From Candidatus Iainarchaeum sp. (GTDB lineage Archaea > Iainarchaeota > Iainarchaeia > Iainarchaeales > 0-14-0-20-34-12): 32,000 bases of DNA. The stretch spans positions 1-32,000 of the forward strand of contig JAUSKK010000002.1 of the NCBI GenBank assembly GCA_030649345.1, in the 5' to 3' direction. Under the pieces are notes generated by a model that was given only the letters and a program-made list of their open reading frames with translations, was not told the origin of the DNA and made no database searches. Position 1 is the first letter of the stretch. Each line of letters starts with the position of its first letter. This document shows positions 24,548 to 32,000 of the stretch, piece after piece. The translations under genes were made by a program, and so were the position numbers.

Positions 24548-25975
24548 ATGGGGAAGAAAAAACGAATTTCAAGCAAATACCTAAAGCCTCGCTGGAATTA
24601 TTTATACCAAGACAACAAAGGAATGTTGTACGTAGAAGGAGTTTCAGTAGATGATATTGCCGAAAAATATGGAACACCGGTTTACTTATTAATGGAAGGA
24701 GAACTTCGAGAAAGAATGCGAAGAATTCAACGAGCATTTCCTTACCCTAAACTACGAATTCAGTATGCTGGAAAAAATAATTCTAATTTAGAAATCATTC
24801 GAATGGCCAGAGAAGAAGGCCTGGAATTTGATGCCAGCAGTGTAGGAGAAATTATTTTAGGTTTAGTCGCAGACTTTGAACCCAAACAAATTACATTTAC
24901 CAATTTATACAAAACCGAAGAAGACATTGCTTTTGCTGCAGAAATTGGAGTCCAAGCCATTACCGCAGACTCCATGGAAGAATTGGAACGCATGGCTCAT
25001 GTTGGACAAAGACTGAAAACCAAAATTAAAACATTTATTCGAATCAATCCCTTAATTGAATTGGGAAAAAACTATTCAACCAAAAAACAACAATACGGAA
25101 TTCCGTTGCCCAGTGCAACCAAAGCCATAGACTTTGCCATCAAAAGCAAATACATTGACTTGGTTGGATTGCATTTCCACGGAGGATACATTAACAGTCC
25201 AAAAGTATATGAAATTGCAGCTGCAAAATTACTCAAACTCATGCGGTATGCATTGGACAAAGGATGCAAAATCAAATACATTGACTTAGGCGGAGGATTC
25301 CCAGTAGACTTTGGAGACAAAACAGCCAGCTTTATTCCAGAAGACATGGGAGAAACTTTTGTTCGAGAATTCAACAAACTATTGGCCCAATATAAATTAC
25401 CCCAGCCTACTTTAATTTTTGAACCTGGAAAATTCATTACAGCCAATTCCGGAATGGGATTAATGAAAGTCATCAGCACCAAACAAATTGGAAGAGAAAG
25501 CGCAGTCATTATGGATAGTTCAACTTATTGTTTTATTCCAGACATTTTAATTGACAAAGTACGATACAATTTTTTGCCAGCCAACAAAATGAACAAACCT
25601 AAAATTAAAAAATACAAAATTTACGGATGCACCTGCGATTGCCGAGATTTAATGGATCAAGGAGAACCTTTGCCTAAATTAGAAGCAGGAGATTTAATTG
25701 CAGTCATGGACACCGGATGCTACAGCAATGTTCTTGCCAGCAATTTCAATACACTCAAACGAGCACCCATGGTCTTGGTTTCAGAAAATGGAACCACCAA
25801 ACTCATTCGAAGAAGAGACCAATACTCAGACATGTTTGCACCCGAATTAGATGTAGTCAAAGTAGCTGAACCCAGCGAACTCAAAAAATATTATGCATTA
25901 ACCAGAAGCAGTATCAAAAAGTTATGGGAAGGAAGCAACGGCAAATCCAAACCCAAAAAAGGATACTTGCGCTAA
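24548..25975 (+). CDS. PLP-dependent decarboxylase, alanine-racemase fold (Orn/Arg/DAP decarboxylase family); arginine decarboxylase suggested by context
   Basis: YGTPVYLL, PLP-lysine motif QYAGKNNSN, GGGFPV, EPGKFI, YGCTCDCRD (ODC/ADC-like rather than the LysA CESGD). The substrate cannot be read from the sequence alone. Confidence 0.75.
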   Translation: MGKKKRISSKYLKPRWNYLYQDNKGMLYVEGVSVDDIAEKYGTPVYLLMEGELRERMRRIQRAFPYPKLRIQYAGKNNSNLEIIRMAREEGLEFDASSVGEIILGLVADFEPKQITFTNLYKTEEDIAFAAEIGVQAITADSMEELERMAHVGQRLKTKIKTFIRINPLIELGKNYSTKKQQYGIPLPSATKAIDFAIKSKYIDLVGLHFHGGYINSPKVYEIAAAKLLKLMRYALDKGCKIKYIDLGGGFPVDFGDKTASFIPEDMGETFVREFNKLLAQYKLPQPTLIFEPGKFITANSGMGLMKVISTKQIGRESAVIMDSSTYCFIPDILIDKVRYNFLPANKMNKPKIKKYKIYGCTCDCRDLMDQGEPLPKLEAGDLIAVMDTGCYSNVLASNFNTLKRAPMVLVSENGTTKLIRRRDQYSDMFAPELDVVKVAEPSELKKYYALTRSSIKKLWEGSNGKSKPKKGYLR

Positions 25976-25991
25976 GTAAAATACGATTTCT

Positions 25992-26858
25992 ATGAAATTT
26001 GGAAAACAAGTAACTCTAGGGTTAATCCAAATGAGTATGGCAGAAAACCCTGAAACAAATCTTGAAAAGGCAATTCAAAAAATAAACCAAGCAGCACAAA
26101 AAGGAGCCCAAATTATTTGCTTGCCAGAACTGTTTAATACACTTTATTTTCCGCAAGTTCCTAAAAACAAAAAATTCTTTCAATACGCTGAAAAAATTCC
26201 AGGAAAAACAACTAAAAGTTTAGGAAAGATCGCAAAAGAAAACAAAATAGTATTAATTGCTGGTTCAATCTTCGAAAAAGCAGGAAACAAATACTACAAC
26301 ACAACTGTTGTGTTTAATGAAAAAGGAAAACTTTTAGGAAAATACAGAAAAACACACATTCCGCATGATCCCAATTTTTTTGAACAACACTATTTTGAAC
26401 CAGGGAATACCGGATACCGGGTATTCAAAACCAAATACGGAAACATTGGAACACTCATTTGCTACGATCAATGGTTTCCAGAAGCAGCCAGAATTAATGC
26501 CTTAATGGGCGCAGATATTGTATTTTATCCTACTGCCATTGGCACCAATAAACACTTGCATCAAACTGAAGGAAACTGGCAGCAAGCCTGGGAAAACGTA
26601 CAACGAGGACACGCCATTGCCAATGGAATAATTGTATGCGCAGTGAATAGAGTTGGAATAGAAAATAATTCCAAATTTTGGGGCGGGAGTTTTGTCTGCA
26701 ATGGATTTGGAAAAACCATTAAGCGGGCAGGAAAAAAAGAAGAAGTCCTAATTGCTCAAGTTGATTTGGGGCATGGAAAATATGTCAAAGAAGGCTGGAG
26801 ATTTTTCTACAATAGAAAACCAGAAACCTACAAGAAATTAATTGAAACCAAAAAGTGA
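25992..26858 (+). CDS. aguB: N-carbamoylputrescine amidase (nitrilase superfamily)
   Basis: CN-hydrolase triad context: CLPELF (Glu), YRKTHIP (Lys), LICYDQWFPE (Cys). Directly precedes the agmatine deiminase gene. Confidence 0.75.
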   Translation: MKFGKQVTLGLIQMSMAENPETNLEKAIQKINQAAQKGAQIICLPELFNTLYFPQVPKNKKFFQYAEKIPGKTTKSLGKIAKENKIVLIAGSIFEKAGNKYYNTTVVFNEKGKLLGKYRKTHIPHDPNFFEQHYFEPGNTGYRVFKTKYGNIGTLICYDQWFPEAARINALMGADIVFYPTAIGTNKHLHQTEGNWQQAWENVQRGHAIANGIIVCAVNRVGIENNSKFWGGSFVCNGFGKTIKRAGKKEEVLIAQVDLGHGKYVKEGWRFFYNRKPETYKKLIETKK

Positions 26859-26863
26859 AAAAA

Positions 26864-27907
26864 ATGAAAACACCCCAACAAGAAAACTTTCATATGCCAG
26901 CTGAATGGAACAAACACGAAGCTACTTGGTTAAGCTGGCCAAAAGACCCAGATACTTTTTCTGAAACCATTATTCAAAGCGTAGAAAATATTTACTCAAT
27001 CATGATTTCTGAACTTAGTCAAGGAGAAATTGTAAATGTTTTGGCTGAAAATTCTGAAATGAAAGAAAAAATTGAAAAATTAATTAAAGAAAAAAAAGCA
27101 AAAATGAAAAATGTAAAAGTTCATTTAATTAAAAGCATTGATGTATGGGCTAGAGATTATGGGCCGACCTTTTTATTGAATAAAAAAACAAACCAATTAG
27201 GCTGCACAAAATGGATTTTTAATGCTTGGGGAAACAAATACAAAGAATTGCTAATGGACAATCAAACCGGAGAACGAATTGCACAAATTTCAAAAGCACA
27301 AACATTCAAGCCCGAAATAGTCATGGAAGGCGGATCCATTGAAGTCAATGGCACAGGCACAGTTTTAGTTACAGAACAATGCCAGTTAAACAAAAACAGA
27401 AATCCTAAACTGAAAAAACAAGAAATTGAAAATTATTTAAAAGAATACTTACATGTTTCAAATATTGTTTGGCTCAAAGAAGGAATTGAAGGAGACGACA
27501 CCGACGGCCATATCGATGATATTGCACGATTTGTGAATGAAAATACCATTGTTTATTGCATGGAAGAAAATAGGAAAGATAAAAATTTTGAAATACTTAA
27601 AGAAAATCAAAAAATTTTAGAAAAAGCAGTTAACGAAAAAGGCCAAAAATTCAAACTCATTCCTTTGCCGATGCCAAAGGCCATGTGGATTCCAGGAAGA
27701 AGATTGGCAGCCAGTTATGCTAACTTTTACATTGCCAATGCCAGCGTTTTGGTTCCAATATACGATAAAAGCAAAGATTCGGAAGTTTTAAAATTATTTA
27801 AAAAATTATTTCCAAAAAAGAAAATTGTCGGAATTAACTGCACAGACCTAGTATACGGATATGGAAGCATTCATTGTGTTACGCAGCAACAACCTGCAAT
27901 AAAATAG
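26864..27907 (+). CDS. aguA: Agmatine deiminase
   Basis: HMPAEWNKHEATWLSWP, WARDYGPTF, EGGSIEVNGTGT, DGHIDDIARF, and the C-terminal catalytic GSIHCVTQQQP. Start at ATG 26864 after the AGTGA SD-like element. The GTG at 26855 would overlap the aguB stop. Confidence 0.85.
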   Translation: MKTPQQENFHMPAEWNKHEATWLSWPKDPDTFSETIIQSVENIYSIMISELSQGEIVNVLAENSEMKEKIEKLIKEKKAKMKNVKVHLIKSIDVWARDYGPTFLLNKKTNQLGCTKWIFNAWGNKYKELLMDNQTGERIAQISKAQTFKPEIVMEGGSIEVNGTGTVLVTEQCQLNKNRNPKLKKQEIENYLKEYLHVSNIVWLKEGIEGDDTDGHIDDIARFVNENTIVYCMEENRKDKNFEILKENQKILEKAVNEKGQKFKLIPLPMPKAMWIPGRRLAASYANFYIANASVLVPIYDKSKDSEVLKLFKKLFPKKKIVGINCTDLVYGYGSIHCVTQQQPAIK

Positions 27908-27960
27908 TTTTTTATATAAGAAAAATAATAATTTAATACACAATAAACAGGAGTGAAACT

Positions 27961-28932
27961 ATGACTGGAACAATAACTTCGTTCATGAAAAAACATTATT
28001 TGCATTTTAATTCAGCTACAGTAATTGATGCAGCTGAAGCCTACAAAAAACATATTAACTCAGGAAAAAAAATGATGGTTACTTTAGCTGGAGCCATGAG
28101 CACAGCCGAACTTGGAAAATCTTTGGCTGAAATGATTCGAAAAAACAAAGTACACGCCATTACTTGCACTGGAGCTAATTTAGAAGAAGATGTTTACAAC
28201 TTGGTTGCGCACAATCATTACAAACGAGTGCCCAATTATAGAAATTTATCCAATGAAGAAGAAGAAGCCTTAGCCAAAAAAGGATTAAACAGAGTTACAG
28301 ATACTTGCATTCCAGAAGATACAGCCATTCGAAAAATCGAAAAACATTTATTAAAATTATGGAAAGAACACGATCAAAAAAATGATCCCTGGTTACCGCA
28401 TCAATACTTTTACGAACTATTATTATCCGGAGTTTTAGAAAAAGAATACCAAATTGACCCCAAAGACAGCTGGTTAATGGAAGCAGCCAAGAAAAATTTA
28501 CCTATGTTTGTCCCAGGCTGGGAAGATTCAACCAATGGAAATATTTTTGTATCCCATTATGTTAAAGGAGATATTCAAAATTTGAATACAGTCAAAGGCG
28601 GACTTCATTACATGAATGAATTAATTCACTGGTATACAAAAACTTCTAAAAAAACATCTATTGGATTTTTTCAAATCGGTGGAGGAATTGCCGGAGACTT
28701 CCCTATCTGTGTCGTGCCTTTGTTAATGCAAGACATGAAACAAAAAGTTCCATTCTGGAGTTATTTTTGTCAAATCAGTGATTCAACCACCAGCTATGGA
28801 TCGTATTCTGGAGCAGTACCCAATGAAAAAATTACTTGGGGAAAACTAACCAAGACAACACCCAGATTTGTCATTGAATCAGATGCAACCATTGTAGCAC
28901 CATTAATTTTTGCCTACGTACTAAACTGGTAA
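27961..28932 (+). CDS. dys: Deoxyhypusine synthase
   Basis: MMVTLAGAMSTAELG, ITCTGANLEEDV, GGGIAGDFP, and the catalytic-lysine motif EKITWGKL. AGGAG SD upstream. Confidence 0.85.
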   Translation: MTGTITSFMKKHYLHFNSATVIDAAEAYKKHINSGKKMMVTLAGAMSTAELGKSLAEMIRKNKVHAITCTGANLEEDVYNLVAHNHYKRVPNYRNLSNEEEEALAKKGLNRVTDTCIPEDTAIRKIEKHLLKLWKEHDQKNDPWLPHQYFYELLLSGVLEKEYQIDPKDSWLMEAAKKNLPMFVPGWEDSTNGNIFVSHYVKGDIQNLNTVKGGLHYMNELIHWYTKTSKKTSIGFFQIGGGIAGDFPICVVPLLMQDMKQKVPFWSYFCQISDSTTSYGSYSGAVPNEKITWGKLTKTTPRFVIESDATIVAPLIFAYVLNW

Positions 28933-28941
28933 GGTAAAAAT

Positions 28942-29631
28942 ATGCCAAAACCTACACGAAGATGGTTAAGACAAGTTGCCAGACAAGGCGCATTTGCACA
29001 TCCATGGACTGTTCCATTAAAGCCAGATTTTGTTCGAAAAAAACCAAGGGCAACTACAGCAGGACAACCAGTAACTAAAGCAAAGCCTGCTGATAAAGCA
29101 AAAGAAACAGTCAAATTAAGACCAACACCTAAAAGAAAAACAGCTCAAACAAAAATAAAACCAATTAAAGTTGCAAGCATCGTATTTTCTTCTTCTGGAA
29201 AAAGAAATCCTGCATTTGAAAAAGAACTTCAAAGAAAACTAATTTCAGCATTCAGAAAATTTCAAGAAAAACATCCGCATGTAAAAGCAGTAATCTTTCC
29301 TTGCCAAATATGGCGCGATTATAGTTCAAGTTGGAACAGCAGAGCCATGGACAGTATTGGCTGGAGCTTGCAAACAGGATTTGTAACAGACCAACGATTA
29401 ACCAGACAACAAGAAGCTGATTTACAACTTGACTTTGCGCGAGAATTTCGAAATGGAGCAAGTTCATTTGCAGACATTATCCCAGTAAACCAATTTGAAA
29501 GATATTTAAAAGATAAAAAAAGAAGCTGGGATGGATATTTAAAAGATCAACAACAAACTGGATTAAAGGCAGCCATGCTTTTTGCTGGAGACATTGATGT
29601 GCAAAAAATTAAAACAACATTTAAAAAATAA
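28942..29631 (+). CDS. Hypothetical protein: ~75-aa K/R/P/T-rich disordered N-terminus plus a ~150-aa domain of unknown fold
   Basis: Starts 9 nt after the dys stop on the same strand. The hairpin terminator lies after it, not before it. No recognisable motif. Confidence 0.55.
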   Translation: MPKPTRRWLRQVARQGAFAHPWTVPLKPDFVRKKPRATTAGQPVTKAKPADKAKETVKLRPTPKRKTAQTKIKPIKVASIVFSSSGKRNPAFEKELQRKLISAFRKFQEKHPHVKAVIFPCQIWRDYSSSWNSRAMDSIGWSLQTGFVTDQRLTRQQEADLQLDFAREFRNGASSFADIIPVNQFERYLKDKKRSWDGYLKDQQQTGLKAAMLFAGDIDVQKIKTTFKK

Positions 29632-29673
29632 AATAACTTCTAAAAAAAATTAATTAAAAAAAAGAAATAAAAA

Positions 29674-29693
29674 AGATGGAATAACATCCATCT
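29674..29693. terminator. Bidirectional hairpin terminator between convergent genes
   Basis: AGATGGA-ataaca-TCCATCT, flanked by T-rich runs on both strands. Confidence 0.5.
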
Positions 29694-29703
29694 CTTGTTT
29701 TAT

Positions 29704-30138
29704 TTATTGCACAATTACTTTTCCATATTTCCCAAGAACAGTATGATCATGGTAATTCCATGAACCTTGTTCAGTGAAAGTAAAAGACCAAGATTCTCCT
29801 TGAGCTAAATCTTTACAAACATCAAAGATTCCAGCTTGTTCTTCAGTTCCGCATTTTTCAATACCAGAACCAGGGTAAGCTGTGTGTGTTGGATGCATGG
29901 CACTGGCAGGCCAATGACCTACAGAATCAGTATTGCTCCAAGTAACAGTTCCGCCTACAGGAATAGTAACTTCGTTGGGCTCAAATCCAGCAGAAGTAAT
30001 AGTTACAGTCACAGACTCAGACAAAGAATCAGTTCCAGATTCTGTTGCAGCAGTACTTGAAGCAGGAGTTCCAGCTTGAGTACAACCCACAATCAAAAAA
30101 AGTACAGAAAACAACACTAAAACACTCATTAACTTCAT
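29704..30138 (-). CDS. Cupredoxin-like lipoprotein lacking the canonical type-1 Cu cysteine
   Basis: Lipobox MKLMSVLVLFSVLFLIVGC. VTITSAGFEPNEVTIPVGGTVTWSNTDSVGH and the C-terminal NYHDHTVLGKYGKVIVQ align with the plastocyanin-like pattern (..V.W.N.D...H ... Y.C..H....M.G.I.V), with His in place of Cys. Confidence 0.55.
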   Translation of the reverse strand: MKLMSVLVLFSVLFLIVGCTQAGTPASSTAATESGTDSLSESVTVTITSAGFEPNEVTIPVGGTVTWSNTDSVGHWPASAMHPTHTAYPGSGIEKCGTEEQAGIFDVCKDLAQGESWSFTFTEQGSWNYHDHTVLGKYGKVIVQ

Positions 30139-30246
30139 TTAATTACCTCCAAAAAAAACTAAATATACTACATAGTTGAGTATGTATATTTAAGAATTAT
30201 GTTCTCAAATCATTAATTTAAACGAATTTTAAGCATTGGTGAAAAA

Positions 30247-30612
30247 TTGAACAAAGAAATGCATACCACTCATTCTTCTACTAATGAAGAATCTGAACAA
30301 ACACTTTTAAAAATCAAAGAAACAGAACTGGAAGCTGAAAAACGAATACAAACAGCCCAAAAAGAAGCTCAAGAAATTGTCGAAAAAGCCAAAAAAGAAA
30401 GCTTTCAAATAATTGAAAATTCTAAAAAAGAAATTGAACAAGAACGCCAACAAATTATTCAAACAGCCAAAAAAGAATTGGAAAAAGAAAAAAAAGAACA
30501 AGAAAAAAAAACAGAAGCACTCGTTCAAAAAATGAAAACAAACTCCCAAGCCAAAAAAACACAACTTGCTGAAAAAATACACCAAAGGTTTGTAGAGGAA
30601 CTTCAATGCTAA
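30247..30612 (+). CDS. atpH: A-type ATP synthase subunit H (peripheral stalk, coiled coil)
   Basis: 121-aa K/E/Q-rich coiled coil immediately before subunit I, with ATGCTAA stop/start overlap. TTG start after GGTGA. Confidence 0.55.
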   Translation: MNKEMHTTHSSTNEESEQTLLKIKETELEAEKRIQTAQKEAQEIVEKAKKESFQIIENSKKEIEQERQQIIQTAKKELEKEKKEQEKKTEALVQKMKTNSQAKKTQLAEKIHQRFVEELQC

Positions 30613-32000
30613 AAGCAGTCGAAATGCAAAAAGTTCGGGTCACAGGCCCTAAACTATTTTTACGCGAAGTCATTCAAGCACTGCACACAGCTAAACTCAT
30701 GCACTTAATCAGCTATGAAAAAAAAGATCAAGACTATTTCAATATCGGAAGTCCTTTTTCTGAAGCAACCGATTATTCCAATGCAGTAATTGAAACACGA
30801 TCTTTAATTGATTTTTTTAAAATCAAAGGAACTGGAAAAACAATCAACATCGAAAATGCTGCTGGAAAAATCCATACACTTCATAAAGAATTTCAAAATA
30901 CATTAAAAATTCAAAAAGAAATTAAAGACACAATCAAAGAACTGGAAGGAAAAAATACCAACCAATTTTTTGAAACAGAAATTAATCAAAAAATTATTAC
31001 ACAATACAAAAACTTAGATATTTTTTTGGGAACCATTCAAAAACCTTTGGATAAAAAACAAATTGAAAAAAGTACTGCAAAATTCGAATTGATTGAAAAA
31101 ACAATCGACAAAAAAAATTGGATTGCTTTATTTGCTGACAAAAAAAGCAAAGAAAATATTCAAACACTTTTAAGAGAACATGGATTTAGCGAAGTAAAAT
31201 ACGTACACATTGATTTCAAACAAATTGAAAAAGAGTTAAATACAGCCAAAAAACAACTCGAAGAAACAGAACATACACTGAAACAAATCGAAAACGAAAA
31301 ACAATGGCTTTTAGATATTGAATACACCTTAAGCCAAGAAATTGAAAAAGCAGAAGTGCCTTTGCATTTTGCAACATCCAAAAACTCATTTATTATTCAC
31401 GGATGGATTCCAGCCAAACAATTAACTGAATTTAAGAAAAAATTAAATACAAAAACTATGGAAAAAATTTATTTTGAAGAATTTAAAGACACCGAAAATG
31501 CGCCAGTGCAACTAAACAATCCTAAAGCCATCAGCCCATTTGAATTTTTTTTAAACTTATATACTTTACCCAAATATTATGAACTAGATCCCAGCGCATT
31601 AATGGCATTTACATTTCCATTCTTTTTCGGATTCATGCTAGGCGATGTAGGCTATGGAGTCATTGCATTGATTCTGTTTCAAATTGTAAAACGAAAATTC
31701 AAAGACTTACAAGTTCAAGCCATTGCCAATATTTTAACCTTAGCCAGTATTGCCAGCATTATTTTTGGATTTGTATTCGGAGAAGTATTTGGAGAAGAAT
31801 TCATTGAACACCCTTTACTGAACCGAGTGCATGACATTAACACCATGCTTTTGGTCACAATAGCAGTTGGAATTATTCACTTGAATTTAGGATTTATTTT
31901 AGGATTCTACAACAAACTCAAACACCATGGATTCAAACACGCTTTGCTTGAAAAAGGAAGCTGGATTATAATCGAAATTGGAATTGCAACAGCTCTTTTA
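30606..32000 (+). CDS. atpI: A-type ATP synthase subunit I (a-subunit homologue), N-terminal 465 codons; runs off the right edge
   Basis: My translation: MLKAVEMQKVRVTGPKLFLREVIQALH...HGWIPAKQLTEFKKKL...NNPKAISPFEFFLNLYTLPKYYELDPSALMAFTFPFFFGFMLGDVGYG. This is the V/A-ATPase 116-kDa family pattern and is stop-free to base 32000. Confidence 0.85.
   Translation, partial: MLKAVEMQKVRVTGPKLFLREVIQALHTAKLMHLISYEKKDQDYFNIGSPFSEATDYSNAVIETRSLIDFFKIKGTGKTINIENAAGKIHTLHKEFQNTLKIQKEIKDTIKELEGKNTNQFFETEINQKIITQYKNLDIFLGTIQKPLDKKQIEKSTAKFELIEKTIDKKNWIALFADKKSKENIQTLLREHGFSEVKYVHIDFKQIEKELNTAKKQLEETEHTLKQIENEKQWLLDIEYTLSQEIEKAEVPLHFATSKNSFIIHGWIPAKQLTEFKKKLNTKTMEKIYFEEFKDTENAPVQLNNPKAISPFEFFLNLYTLPKYYELDPSALMAFTFPFFFGFMLGDVGYGVIALILFQIVKRKFKDLQVQAIANILTLASIASIIFGFVFGEVFGEEFIEHPLLNRVHDINTMLLVTIAVGIIHLNLGFILGFYNKLKHHGFKHALLEKGSWIIIEIGIATALL

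Noticed and set aside
25072-25509. 145-aa antisense ORF inside the decarboxylase gene. The same reasoning applies to other antisense or alternative-frame ORFs (1710-1904, 2111-2332, 3356-3622, 5132-5365, 7973-8311, 8635-9093, 18786-19121, 21305-21646, 23087-23416, 28914-29114, 30307-30606, 31160-31381).
   Set aside because: All lie within or opposite ORFs with clear family motifs, lack SD sequences and have skewed, low-complexity translations. They are the spurious ORFs expected in a six-frame scan.
30139-30246. Imperfect palindrome ATATACTAC...GTATGTATAT between the cupredoxin gene and atpH
   Set aside because: It needs an indel to pair and lies in very AT-rich promoter DNA, where such near-palindromes arise by chance. 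I note it but there is not enough to call an operator.
1-32000. CRISPR arrays, transposases/IS elements, integrases, toxin-antitoxin or known defence-system genes
   Set aside because: There are no regularly spaced direct repeats, and no ORF with transposase, integrase, Cas, restriction or abortive-infection motifs. The only repeats are those in the 22121-22666 island.

Overview
AT-rich (about one-third GC by eye), gene-dense window. It looks like a small-genome, DPANN-like archaeon. Archaeal markers are an A-type ATPase atpH-atpI pair with overlapping stop/start, deoxyhypusine synthase, a ZPR1-type zinc finger protein, a KaiC/RadA-like ATPase, GGTGA-type Shine-Dalgarno sites and a canonical box C/D sRNA. 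I support 35 protein-coding genes, two of them cut by the window edges. Left to right: CPA2 antiporter (partial), cysS, thiamine pyrophosphokinase, an orphan ORF, purB, purC, an HTH plus LAGLIDADG-like protein, a large Cys-rich lipoprotein, an atypically long purE, folC, a membrane protein, a methyltransferase, TatD, a coiled-coil anchor protein, ZPR1, an RNase HII/HIII-like protein, a KaiC-like ATPase, a ComEC-type metallo-beta-lactamase, thiE, an acidic small protein, thiQ-thiP-thiB, a 530-bp noncoding island, a methyltransferase, msrA, a Ni/Co transporter, a five-gene polyamine/hypusine cluster (decarboxylase, aguB, aguA, deoxyhypusine synthase, orphan basic protein), a cupredoxin-like lipoprotein, and atpH-atpI (partial). 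The most unusual DNA is the noncoding island at 22121-22666. It holds an unannotated box C/D sRNA on the reverse strand, a degenerate duplicate of it, a GC-rich hairpin with a T tract, and a 48-nt four-arm palindrome. No CRISPR array, tRNA, rRNA, transposase or recognisable defence system is visible. The candidates for new biology are orphan genes tightly coupled to known enzymes and the RNA island. All functional calls rest on motif recognition by eye, with no database search.
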